A DNA stretch of 64,000 nucleotides from an uncultured Verrucomicrobiae bacterium (GTDB lineage Bacteria; Verrucomicrobiota; Verrucomicrobiia; Chthoniobacterales; JAFAMB01). The translations under genes were made by a program, and so were the position numbers. Of the stretch, positions 9,836-19,174 are shown in pieces. The stretch is from the NCBI GenBank assembly GCA_963837955.1, contig CAWIPH010000001.1:256001-320000 (forward strand), read 5' to 3'. The notes under the pieces are model-generated. The model had not been told where the DNA came from and searched no databases. It worked only from the letters and a program-made list of their open reading frames with translations. The first letter of the stretch is position 1, and every line of letters begins with the position of its first letter.

Positions 9836-11050
9836 ATGAATCTCGTCCAGAATCTCCGCCATCGAGCAGAGTTGCAGCCCGGAGTCCCGGCGATCGTAGA
9901 TAGGACCGTGCGAGGGGACCGGGTGCTCAGCTTCGTGGCCTTCAATCGATCGGTCGATTTTCTCGCGCTCCGGCTGCGTGAAGAAGGAGTTGAAGCAGGG
10001 CATACGGTACTTTTAGCGCTGGATCCGGGTCAGGAGTTCTATCTCTTTGCCCTCGCTCTGCTGCAGATTGGCGCCATTCCAGTTGTTTGTAAGGAGGCAT
10101 TGGGCAGCTCGTTTCTCAGGGAATGGGTCAAAAACGTGCGACCACAAGCCTGTGTCCTCTCTCAATCGAGATGGACTCAACACTTTCACAAACCGTTGCG
10201 CCCGATCCCTATGCGACTGTTTGTTCACGCTTTTCGGTTTGAAAGCCGGTGGCTACGGCTCGGAAGATTCGGCCAGCCCGTTGAATTGAATCCAGGCCAA
10301 ACTGCCTGGATCGAGATAAGAAGCGAATCGCCAGACACGTTTCGCGCCTGGGCCTGGGACCAAGAGAGCCTCGCTCGAGCAACTCAGCGTCTGGTCTCAA
10401 TCTTGCGGTTGAAAGCAGGCGAAATCGATCTTTGCCGGAATCCGCTGCATCTCCTGGCAAACCTGGCCGCTGGGCTGACCAGCGTAATTCCGATGAAAAG
10501 AGGATTGCTCACTCCAACCGGTCGACGCCGGCAAGTCGACAAATTCAAGCCGAATCGGGTCGCCGCCGACGCCGAATTTCTGAATAGATATCTTCGTTCC
10601 AGCACCTCGCCGCTGCAGAAGATCTTCGTGCTGGACGCTCCATTGAGTTCCGAAGATGTTGAATTTCTCTCAGCATGCCGGCAGCACGGCAACATCGAGC
10701 TACTATTTGGGCAGGAAGCGCCGCTGGCGAGTTGCACATTGAAGGAATTTCAATCCAGGGCAGATGAGCGTTGGGTGGGAACTTTTTTCGGCGATGTCAA
10801 GTATACCCTCCAGTCCCTGCAACCGAATGCGGACGACACAGCTTCGAGCAATTCGATTTCCAAGGATCCAAGATCGGGGGAACTCTTGATTTCCGGCGAT
10901 TTTCTTCCGACTCCGTTAACCATTCACGGGGAACTAGATTCGACTCAGCGCTATCAGAATAAAAAAGGCGAAACCTGGCTCAGAACAGGGGTGAATGGGG
11001 CAGTCGACGGCTCAGAACGATTTTCTGTTCTCGAACCCGCTAAGAAATAG
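9836..11050 (+). CDS. Degenerate AMP-binding (ANL superfamily, OleC-like) protein
   Basis: AMP-binding N-terminus (QPGVPAIV...LSFVAFNRSV...GVEAGHTVL...LALLQIGAIPV) and GELLISG / WLRTG; no TSGSTG P-loop and no C-terminal subdomain. Confidence 0.6.
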   Translation: MNLVQNLRHRAELQPGVPAIVDRTVRGDRVLSFVAFNRSVDFLALRLREEGVEAGHTVLLALDPGQEFYLFALALLQIGAIPVVCKEALGSSFLREWVKNVRPQACVLSQSRWTQHFHKPLRPIPMRLFVHAFRFESRWLRLGRFGQPVELNPGQTAWIEIRSESPDTFRAWAWDQESLARATQRLVSILRLKAGEIDLCRNPLHLLANLAAGLTSVIPMKRGLLTPTGRRRQVDKFKPNRVAADAEFLNRYLRSSTSPLQKIFVLDAPLSSEDVEFLSACRQHGNIELLFGQEAPLASCTLKEFQSRADERWVGTFFGDVKYTLQSLQPNADDTASSNSISKDPRSGELLISGDFLPTPLTIHGELDSTQRYQNKKGETWLRTGVNGAVDGSERFSVLEPAKK

Positions 11051-11085
11051 CTCGGCTTAGCAGCTCACCTCTCACAATTGCCCTT

Positions 11086-11418
11086 TCACGTCAACCGCTT
11101 CGGCGCCTTGTTGCGCCAGGCCATAAGCAGAGCGCTGGTTAAACTCATCTCGTCAGCGGCTTCGAGATTGACGTTGGTGGATCCACGACGTCCCCAGCCG
11201 CCCGGCACCGGGGTAAACACCGTCGGCTTTAATTCGGTCAGGACCGTTTGCTGTTCAGGTGTGAGCATCACGACTCCGCGCCGTTCTGTCGGCCACAAAG
11301 TGGCAAAGATTTTATTGTGTACGCGAAAATCCGGATGTCCCATGTGAGCTGCTTCTGTTGCTTCGGGAAGAGCTAGAGCAAGCCGGCGAAAATCATCGGA
11401 AGTCATAACTCGGATCAC
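11086..11418 (-). CDS. MmcQ/YjbR family DNA-binding protein
   Basis: FRRLALALPEATEAAHMGHPDFRVHNKIFATL; GGWGRRGSTNV. Confidence 0.85.
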   Translation of the reverse strand: MIRVMTSDDFRRLALALPEATEAAHMGHPDFRVHNKIFATLWPTERRGVVMLTPEQQTVLTELKPTVFTPVPGGWGRRGSTNVNLEAADEMSLTSALLMAWRNKAPKRLT

Positions 11419-11501
11419 AAATCGCTAACGGACAAATACTGCTAGGAAATTTGTTATGTGTTATCCGGGATTTGTCATGCGCTATTCGGAAGACCGAATA
11501 G

Positions 11502-12125
11502 CTAGGCCCAGATCTTCCGCAAAGGCCCCTTCGCACCATAGACCGGGTCGTTGCCCGGCACAGGCAAGGCCGCAATGTGATGATCTGCCTCCGGACGTTC
11601 GCCTGGTTTACCTGTGAGTAAATCCCATTGACGCCCGTCGGGATAAGCGCCCACGACGCCGAAATCGGCGCTGGCCTCGAGATTCTTGTGCCCGACTCCC
11701 GCGGGAATCACAATAACGTCACCAGCCTGCACGCGAAAATCGCGCCCTTGTTCTCCGCCAAGCCGCACAGTCACGGAACCTCGGTAAACACCGAGTACTT
11801 CATGACTAGTACTGTGATAATGGTGAAAGGTATAAATGCCGTTGCGCCACGAGTTGGTCCAATTATTTGCCGCGAACTGTTCCTGCACGTGTGACGCCGG
11901 ATCTGCGGCCTGCACGTTGATCACGCCGTGGTACAGCAGAAGCGGATACCGGCTGTTCGGAATCACGCCGTCATCTTTGAAAAGAGCAGTACTGGGCTCT
12001 TTCATGTCCTCTCCTTGCGAGAATCCGCGCTTGGGCATTGTGATCCAGCCAAGGGCTAGAAGCGCTCCGGCCTTAAAAGTACTCGCCAAAAATTGGCGCC
12101 GATATGTTTGGTGTTTGTCATCCAT
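11502..12125 (-). CDS. YjlB-like cupin with twin-arginine-like leader
   Basis: IPNSRYPLLLY, WRNGIYTFHHYHSTSHEVLG, GDVIVIPAGVGH, VVGAYP; RRQFL followed by a hydrophobic stretch after ATG 12125. Confidence 0.85.
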   Translation of the reverse strand: MDDKHQTYRRQFLASTFKAGALLALGWITMPKRGFSQGEDMKEPSTALFKDDGVIPNSRYPLLLYHGVINVQAADPASHVQEQFAANNWTNSWRNGIYTFHHYHSTSHEVLGVYRGSVTVRLGGEQGRDFRVQAGDVIVIPAGVGHKNLEASADFGVVGAYPDGRQWDLLTGKPGERPEADHHIAALPVPGNDPVYGAKGPLRKIWA

Positions 12126-12202
12126 GACTACCTCATAATAGCTCAAATCGTACGTAGGAGCCAAATTTGGCACGTCCAAAGCCGCCGTCCAGGTGAGGCC
12201 GT

Positions 12203-13144
12203 CTAACCCTTTTTCATCAGGCAATCTACTGATTCCTTGACTGCTTCGAGCGAAGTATAACGCGGATGATATTCGAGTAGCCTGCGCCCTTTGGCGATAC
12301 TGCAATTCGGACTATGGGCGATATGATCCCAGGTCGCGCCAGCGTTCTCTTCCGAAGTTGTTTGTTTCCACTCCTCCCACGGCAGAAACCGAAGAAGTGC
12401 CTTCCGACCAAACCATCCGGCGACTTCTTCCGCATAACCGCGCAGCGTCAGTGCGGCCCCGGAAACGACGTGAAAGCTTTCACCGATCGACGCGCTTCGA
12501 TTGATCATCGCCTGATGAAATGAGCAAGCGACATCATCGGCGTGCACATGATGGACCGTTTCTAGTCCTAGATTTGGCAACGTCAACTCTTCTCCTTTGG
12601 CCAGCCGATCGAAGACCGTGGGATCGAAATGGCCGGCGGGATTAAGCGGATTCCAGCCGGGACCCACGATGTGTCCGGGATGTAGAACCGCAGCCGGGAA
12701 ACCATGCGTACGCGATTCGCTCAACAAATATTGTTCGATCGCTGCCTTCTGAATTCCATATTCCCCAAATGGCCGGCGGGGCTGTTCTTCGGTGGTCGGA
12801 ACGATCACGCTCGGCCCGTGAACCCAGATAGTTCCACAATGGAGGAAATGTTGGATCTTACCCCGGAGCGCTTCCACTAAATGCCGCGCGCTCTCGAGGG
12901 TAAAGCAGATGAGGTCGATCACAACATCCGGTCTCAAATCGGCAATCTGCCGGCCGAATTCTCCCGATGTTTCGCTTTTCTCTCGATCGATCCTGATTGT
13001 CCGCGTGGATCGCCACGCTGCATGGGGTTGGTACGGCTCACGTTCGCCCCGACTGATTGAGATGACCTCGTGCCCGGCAGCTACTAACCTGGGAACGAGA
13101 TATGTTCCGATATGTCCGCTTCCACCGATGACGACAACGCGCAT
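12203..13144 (-). CDS. NAD-dependent epimerase/dehydratase (extended SDR)
   Basis: GGSGHIG Rossmann motif; YGIQK catalytic YxxxK. Confidence 0.9.
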   Translation of the reverse strand: MRVVVIGGSGHIGTYLVPRLVAAGHEVISISRGEREPYQPHAAWRSTRTIRIDREKSETSGEFGRQIADLRPDVVIDLICFTLESARHLVEALRGKIQHFLHCGTIWVHGPSVIVPTTEEQPRRPFGEYGIQKAAIEQYLLSESRTHGFPAAVLHPGHIVGPGWNPLNPAGHFDPTVFDRLAKGEELTLPNLGLETVHHVHADDVACSFHQAMINRSASIGESFHVVSGAALTLRGYAEEVAGWFGRKALLRFLPWEEWKQTTSEENAGATWDHIAHSPNCSIAKGRRLLEYHPRYTSLEAVKESVDCLMKKG

Positions 13145-13256
13145 GTGTGACTATGGCACGGGCAGCGAGGGACGCTAGCGCCTCGAGAGTGCTTTATTAG
13201 GTCCACTCCTCAGTTGGAGCACACATGACACATAAGACCCATGGGACACATAGGTC

Positions 13257-13973
13257 TTATAAGTCCTTAGATTCGCCCAGTTCTTCCATCATCTGCTTCG
13301 CTAATTGCGGGCCAACACCGCTCTCTTCATGCTTGAAATAGACGAAAGCGTGGCTCCAATTCTCTTGCTGCGCCTGTATGAATTTTGCCCACCTCACAAT
13401 ATCGGGCTTAGCGTAGTCTTCTCGGCGCAGTCGGAGATAACCAAAGTCGGTTGTAGCGAGGCTCGGAGTAACAAGATCGCTGCTCTCCGCAATGCAAAGG
13501 GCTGCATTGTGGTTCCGGAGATGAGCAAAAACTTCGTCATCGAACCAGGTTGGATGACGAAATTCGAACGCGGCGCGGATTCCAATGGGTAAACTACCGA
13601 GGAACTCGTTCAAGAGCGCGGCATCCTTTTTAAAACTCGGCGGAAGCTGAAACAGGACAGGGCCGAGCTTGGATCCCAGCCCGGAAACAACGGCCTGAAA
13701 GATATCCAAAATCTCCGCGCAATTCCGAAGTTTGGAAACGTGGGTAACTTTTTGCGGCGCCTTGAGGCCAAAACGGAATTGTTCCGGCGTCGATTTATCC
13801 CAACCTTCGATCGTCTTATTATTCGGAATTCGATAAAAGGTATAGTTGATCTCGCTGGTCGAAAACCGTTCTGCGTAGAACGGCAGCATTTTGGCTGTTG
13901 GAAATTTCTCCGGATAAAAGGTCCCTCGCCATTCGGGATATTGGAATCCGGAAGTGCCGATCCAGGGGGTCAT
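13257..13973 (-). CDS. DUF72 (YecE-like) protein
   Basis: IGTSGFQYPEWRGTFYP, EINYTFYRIP, LGPVLFQLPPSF, EFRHPTW. Confidence 0.92.
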   Translation of the reverse strand: MTPWIGTSGFQYPEWRGTFYPEKFPTAKMLPFYAERFSTSEINYTFYRIPNNKTIEGWDKSTPEQFRFGLKAPQKVTHVSKLRNCAEILDIFQAVVSGLGSKLGPVLFQLPPSFKKDAALLNEFLGSLPIGIRAAFEFRHPTWFDDEVFAHLRNHNAALCIAESSDLVTPSLATTDFGYLRLRREDYAKPDIVRWAKFIQAQQENWSHAFVYFKHEESGVGPQLAKQMMEELGESKDL

Positions 13974-14099
13974 GGCGGGAGAATACAGGATTCAGAGCCA
14001 GAATCCAGTGTTCGGTAAGGCGAGGCTCGGTTGGGAATAAGTTGAGCCTGGCCCTACCAAATTCTCGATTCTCGGGCCCGGTTCTGTATTCTCTATAGT

Positions 14100-14540
14100 A
14101 TGAGGCTCGCGCTGTCGTCGCTTGTGCTCCTCCTTTGCTCTTGCTCTTCCGATATCACCAAAGGGCATCTGGTGGGCGACACCGGCATTAACCAAAGCGA
14201 ATCGGAGAAGGCTAATTACCCGCCAAGCAAGTTAGCTGAACAGACCTTTATTTTCTCCAATCCAATGGGTTATCAATCGAAGCATTTCGCAACCGCTGAC
14301 GAGGCGAAGATTGCGATGAAGGCAGCGCAGAAGTTGGGCTCCGGCGACGACAATCCTCGCTTCGTTGCCGTTCCCGTCGCAGTGGCAAAGGGCAACAGCA
14401 CGTCTGCCGAAGTAATGGTCTATGACAATCGAAAGCAGATGCTCGGTGATTCGGTTTACCGGCTGGCCAATACCCCTGCGTCCGGTCAAACGCTGAAGCT
14501 AGACGATGTCACCGCGGTCTTTGCCAGCCCAAGTGAGTGA
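14100..14540 (+). CDS. Hypothetical lipoprotein, paralogous C-terminal domain to 7558..8073
   Basis: Signal peptide with LLLCSC; RFVAV...VMVYD...VY...P..GQ..K.D motif. Confidence 0.7.
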   Translation: MRLALSSLVLLLCSCSSDITKGHLVGDTGINQSESEKANYPPSKLAEQTFIFSNPMGYQSKHFATADEAKIAMKAAQKLGSGDDNPRFVAVPVAVAKGNSTSAEVMVYDNRKQMLGDSVYRLANTPASGQTLKLDDVTAVFASPSE

Positions 14541-14598
14541 GCGGTGAGAGTGATAGGTGAGAAGTGATTGGTGATTGGTAGAGCGCCGACTTGTCCGC

Positions 14599-15001
14599 GG
14601 GAGCAGTCAGAACATCGGTAACACTGTTTGTTGTTGAGGTTACACGTTTTGGTTGGTCTGCCCGGTCTTCAGCGGCGACGCGTCCGACGAAGCCTGTGGT
14701 GATAATTCGAATCGCCGGTCAATGGATTCGCGAAGTCGGAAGCCGCGACTCATGAAAGCCTCTAGGGTGAAGCCCTAGGAACCCGGTGCCCCGATGGCCA
14801 CGCACTGAAGGTGCGTTTCAAACTTGCCCTCCGCTTTGATGCACACCGTTCGTCGGACCCAAAAAGCTATCGTTCTGTCACGCGCTTTCACCGCTTGATC
14901 GCCTGGATATTCCTGTTCCTAGGGCTTCACCCTAGGCTATCCTGAAATACGCTTTCAGCGCTTTTGCTCGCAACCGATTTACCGATGTTCTGACTGCTCC
15001 C
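14599..15001. mobile_element. MITE-like element with perfect 23-bp terminal inverted repeats, inside a second 23-bp inverted repeat (14556-14578 / 15015-15037)
   Basis: gggagcagtcagaacatcggtaa (14599-14621) is the exact reverse complement of ttaccgatgttctgactgctccc (14979-15001); internal IR ctagggtgaagccctaggaa / ttcctagggcttcaccctag. Confidence 0.7.
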
Positions 15002-15039
15002 TGCTCCCACCCTTCCAATCACCAATCACTTCTCACCAA

Positions 15040-15777
15040 TCACCAATCACCTCCCCTCTGCAGCTCCTGCAGGGGAGGAGTCGCGCTAATCTGGGCTGGG
15101 GTCACGAGGTCCCACTTGATTCCGCATGGACGAGGCGCGCGCGCGTCGACTTTGATCATCCGGGTTGGTGTGGCAATCCAGTCAACCAGCACATCGGTCG
15201 GGCTTGGGGCCAACTTTTCTTCTACGACCTGGACATCGTGAACTGCGGCAACGACAGGCGTTGTTTCGTCGGCGAGACCGAGATCCGTGAACATCCCCCA
15301 TTCCAGATCGAAGAAACCGTGACCCTTGCCAAACCGTACGCCGTTCAGCGATACAGCTGAGGCGCCCGTAATCAACAGATCGAACCGGCCGCGCGCTCGG
15401 AGTTCTGCCAGGTTGATCGGCTTGCCGAAATGCTCCAGGCCATCTAGCCAGGCTGCACAAAGTTCAAACCCCGGTGGTACGTTTGCCCTCTCCAACAGGA
15501 TAAAGCCTCGGTAGATCCCGTAGGTAGAGACCACCAGGGTTATGCCGGCTTCGACCATGCGGCGGCGTACCTGAACCAAACAGTTGTCAGGGGTGACGAA
15601 AGCGTAGCGGCATCGTTGATACGCCGGTAGGGCGGTGATTCGGTCCGTCGCAGCAGGCGATCCAACAAAATCTGGGATCACTTCGGCAAAGTTCAGGTGG
15701 AATCGAGAATCAGGCAGCGCAACTTCAGCTAGTTTACTCCAGATCCTTTCGCGGATGAATTGGGGTGAGGCAGACAT
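15040..15777 (-). CDS. 5-formyltetrahydrofolate cyclo-ligase family (MTHFSD-like)
   Basis: IPDFVGS, VTPD, GVRFGKGHGFFDLEW, VHDVQV, DVLVDWIATP. Confidence 0.85.
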   Translation of the reverse strand: MSASPQFIRERIWSKLAEVALPDSRFHLNFAEVIPDFVGSPAATDRITALPAYQRCRYAFVTPDNCLVQVRRRMVEAGITLVVSTYGIYRGFILLERANVPPGFELCAAWLDGLEHFGKPINLAELRARGRFDLLITGASAVSLNGVRFGKGHGFFDLEWGMFTDLGLADETTPVVAAVHDVQVVEEKLAPSPTDVLVDWIATPTRMIKVDARAPRPCGIKWDLVTPAQISATPPLQELQRGGDW

Positions 15778-15856
15778 TTTGTCTGAAGTAGAGCAAGACG
15801 GGTGCCGTTTCCTATTTTCATTGCTTTTGGCCGAAGCAGCTGCTTAAGAAGGATTC

Positions 15857-16156
15857 GTGGTTCTGTCGTATACCACGCCACCAATCGAAGGACGGCCTTT
15901 TCATTTTTCGGTTACCGAGGTGAACGGCCAGGCACGGCTCGAAGCGTTTCTGAACGGCGTATCTTTTTGGAGCCGCGATTGTACCGATCTTCCTTGTCGC
16001 GAGGTGTTTCCGCTTCCCGACAAGGTCGCTGGCAGCACCTTGCTGGTGACGGCAAAGGACGAGGACGAGGAAAAGGAATTGGTTTTCTTTATCAATGACG
16101 ACGGAATGGGTGTGCCAATGGATGCGCCGGAACGAACCCTCGAAACGCTAGAATAG
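15857..16156 (+). CDS. Hypothetical protein
   Basis: 99-aa acidic ORF filling the intergenic gap; no recognised motif. Confidence 0.45.
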   Translation: MVLSYTTPPIEGRPFHFSVTEVNGQARLEAFLNGVSFWSRDCTDLPCREVFPLPDKVAGSTLLVTAKDEDEEKELVFFINDDGMGVPMDAPERTLETLE

Positions 16157-16443
16157 CCTGAGGGGTTTCTTGGATTTCTTGCCGAAATACCGCAACGCCA
16201 GAGAATTGGGCAGCTCTATCAACAAAAGAGCTACATTAGCGAGTTTTCGCTAGTTGATCCGCCGGCCCCGATTCTAGCCAAAAAATTGGTTAGCCACCGC
16301 CTTGTTGGAAGCCAAAGGAGGTCCCTACTAAATCCTCGCTCCGGGCTGCAGACTCCTGTAGGCTATGGCCTATCTATAGATAGACAGCAATTATGAGCAA
16401 GCACAATGCTGACTCTGAGCGTTCCAAGGATTCGACTGCTTCT

Positions 16444-16791
16444 ATGCGTTTTGAAGAGTTTTCCTTTGGAACGATCTGCATTGATGGCACGACGTACGAG
16501 TATGATGTTGTGATTGATCGGGGAGAAATCCGCAAAAGGAAAAAGAAACCGTCCAAGAAGTTCCGAGAAGAGTTTGGGCATACTCCGCTCTCGATTGAAG
16601 AGGATATACCCTGGAAGTGTCGACGCCTCGTGATTGGTACAGGCGCCGGAGCTTTGCCGGTAATGGAAAAGGTAAAAGAAGAAGCTCGTCGCCGCGAAAT
16701 CGAATTAACGATCGTACCAACAGCCGAAGCGATTAAGACTCTGCAGCAGAACCCAGCCGAAACCAATGCGATCTTGCACTTAACGTGCTGA
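16444..16791 (+). CDS. Mth938-like (DUF498) protein
   Basis: FSFGTICIDGTTYEYDVVI; LVIGTGAG; PTAEAI; HLTC C-terminus. Confidence 0.85.
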   Translation: MRFEEFSFGTICIDGTTYEYDVVIDRGEIRKRKKKPSKKFREEFGHTPLSIEEDIPWKCRRLVIGTGAGALPVMEKVKEEARRREIELTIVPTAEAIKTLQQNPAETNAILHLTC

Positions 16792-16980
16792 AAACGCGAA
16801 GTCGAGACGGTGAGTTTGCCAAAGATCGCGTCAATCAATAAGGGTAAATTATTGGCTGGCCCGTACTCCCCCCGTTCAACGCATGTTCCTGTTGACCTCA
16901 ATCCAAGAATGATAGGCTAGATGGGCTCGGCCGGCGGCACCGAGCAGAGATCATTCTCCTCCCTTTTTCCAACTCATCTG

Positions 16981-17490
16981 TCACTTGTGGTTCCCTTTTC
17001 CCTTTCCTCCCAATCGGCGGTAGCCGGGATGGATGCCAGGTCTCAGTTGCTGGTCCTCCGCAATCCGGGATAGCAATCGCGCGAGCGTTTCTCGCTCACT
17101 TGCGTTAAGGGCGGCGCACAAGGCGTCCTCGTGTTGCCGGGCGATGCGCCCTATCGCTTGCAACGCCTTTTTTCCAGAAGCAGTGAGATACAAGGAGTAG
17201 ATTCGCCGATCGCTGGCGTTCGGACGTCGTTCGATCAGCCCGGATCGCTCCAGCTCATCCAGTATCAACACCAGCCGGCTGGGAAACATGCCGAGGAGAT
17301 CAGCCAATGCCTGCTGGCTAAGCCCGCTCTCCCCACCAATCACGCCAAGAATACCGGCCTGCGGCGGACTCAGCTTTAGCGCCTCGAGCCGTTCCGCGAA
17401 TTTGGCGGCACCCTGGGCGCCGATCTGGGCCAGCAGAAAGGCAACTCCCCGTCGCTCGGTTGGAGAACAGTCAGACATCGTGACAAACAT
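16981..17490 (-). CDS. MarR family transcriptional regulator
   Basis: LSQQALADLLG...LDELERSGLIERR...DRRIYSLYLT winged helix. Confidence 0.92.
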   Translation of the reverse strand: MFVTMSDCSPTERRGVAFLLAQIGAQGAAKFAERLEALKLSPPQAGILGVIGGESGLSQQALADLLGMFPSRLVLILDELERSGLIERRPNASDRRIYSLYLTASGKKALQAIGRIARQHEDALCAALNASERETLARLLSRIAEDQQLRPGIHPGYRRLGGKGKGNHK

Positions 17491-17491
17491 G

Positions 17492-17514
17492 AATCGTTAT
17501 TGACATTAACGATT
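17492..17514. promoter_or_regulatory. Probable MarR operator palindrome
   Basis: AATCGTTA-ttgacat-TAACGATT between marR and the divergent small membrane gene; contains TTGACA. Confidence 0.6.
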
Positions 17515-17632
17515 ATTGATATGAATGGATATGACGGTTAAGAATATGAACGGTTCGCGTCACCAGCTCAACCAGAAAGGTCGATCAGCCCCTTCCGCAT
17601 CGGCGGACCGTGATACCTCACACCAAAGACGC

Positions 17633-17839
17633 ATGAACTCCCTGAGCGAACGGACCTTGATTCGAACCCTGCACCTGGTGTTGAGCATACCGATTATCGG
17701 ATTTATTTACGGACCGGTCGCGACCATCCCACCGGCAGCCTCGTTCACCCGCTTCGTGGCTGTTCCAGTCGTTGTTATTAGCGGCATCTGGTTATGGCAA
17801 AAGCCGCGCCTGTTACGATGGCTCCGCGCCCGACGCTGA
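17633..17839 (+). CDS. Small two-TM membrane protein
   Basis: ERTLIRTLHLVLSIPIIGFIYGP...VVVISGIWLWQKP; divergent from marR. Confidence 0.7.
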   Translation: MNSLSERTLIRTLHLVLSIPIIGFIYGPVATIPPAASFTRFVAVPVVVISGIWLWQKPRLLRWLRARR

Positions 17840-18146
17840 ACTGCCGAAAGTTCCACGGTTCGCCATCCGTCGAGATCCGGATTCCGGACTGCGGCTACTG
17901 GATGCTTAAGCATTTCTTCAAAATGAAAGGAGAAATCCTTTGCAATGTGAGTTGGCTTTGACAACTTCGGGGAATCGCACCCCCCAGATCATGAGCGTCG
18001 AGCCGTCAGGACCGGTGAAACCTCTCATTCTGTGCCCCGATTGGAGCGCTCACGCGCTTGGTCAGGGACAGGAACTTTCGCTCGGGTTTACCTCGAGAAA
18101 CCAGGCACTCTTCCAAGATCAGCACCTGAATTGACCTGTTACACGA

Positions 18147-19022
18147 ATGCGCTGCGAACTAGATCCGGGCACTGTCCGCTGTACGAGCGATTTTACGGGC
18201 TTAACCGAATTTCGGGTTGTCATTCGAGAGTTGCCCAGAAACGGCGGCTTCGGGAGCGGTAGCAGAGGCGGTGGATGCTTCCGGCTCGGATATCGGCCGA
18301 TCGAAGAGCGCGGTAGAACAGTCTTTCGCTTTAGGAATGATCCGGGCCACAGAGTTCGAATGGCCCGGGTGTCCGCTATTATCCCTCCGGACGAACCGTT
18401 TGAGGCTAGCTATTTGGAGGCCGATGGAAAGATCGCGAGCTTTGAAATTTATCCGGCATTCTTTGCGGATGTAATCAGGCGCGCAGGTATTTCTCCGGTG
18501 AACCTGCACCGATTGCCGCCTGCGGGATTCGTCATCAATCGTAGAGTGGATGTTTTATGCTCTTTGCTCATGCGGGAAACCGAGAATGGTGCGTCACTTG
18601 GATCGCTCTACTTCAAGACTCTGGCTACGGCACTCATCATTGCTGTGGCCTCGCAGGCTGACGTTCGGCTACCGGGCGCAGGGAACATTTACATTCAGAA
18701 CCAGCAGATCCAGCGAGCTGTCTCATACATCGAAGCCAATTTTCGCTCTAAACTAACAATTGAGGATCTGGCCAGGGTATCAAACCTGAGTTTGTTCCAC
18801 TTCTGCCGGCTCTTCAGTCGAATGGTTGGATTGACTCCCCACGAATATATCCGTTCTTGCCGAATTCGGTTCGCTGAAAGGTTACTCTGGTTACATGGAG
18901 CTCAATGCTCCATTGCTGAGGTAGCCGCCGAATCCGGTTTTGCTGATCAGGCCCATTTCACTCGACATTTTCGGCGTGTGTTTGGAAAGACACCCAAAGC
19001 CTACCGGCTCCAGCAAGATTAG
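18147..19022 (+). CDS. AraC family transcriptional regulator
   Basis: C-terminal double HTH (LARVSNLSLFHFCRLF...SIAEVAAESGFADQAHFTRHFRR); start uncertain. Confidence 0.9.
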   Translation: MRCELDPGTVRCTSDFTGLTEFRVVIRELPRNGGFGSGSRGGGCFRLGYRPIEERGRTVFRFRNDPGHRVRMARVSAIIPPDEPFEASYLEADGKIASFEIYPAFFADVIRRAGISPVNLHRLPPAGFVINRRVDVLCSLLMRETENGASLGSLYFKTLATALIIAVASQADVRLPGAGNIYIQNQQIQRAVSYIEANFRSKLTIEDLARVSNLSLFHFCRLFSRMVGLTPHEYIRSCRIRFAERLLWLHGAQCSIAEVAAESGFADQAHFTRHFRRVFGKTPKAYRLQQD

Positions 19023-19174
19023 ACAAAAACAGCGCAAGGGCGTCCTAGCCGTATCGGACCATCGTCTCTAAAAAGGACGGCACAAGGAGTAGTTGGCGCC
19101 GCTCCAACCGTGGACTGAGTGAACGGTTCGCGAGTTTCGGTTCCAACAATTCTTTGAAAGCTAGGACCCCCCCA

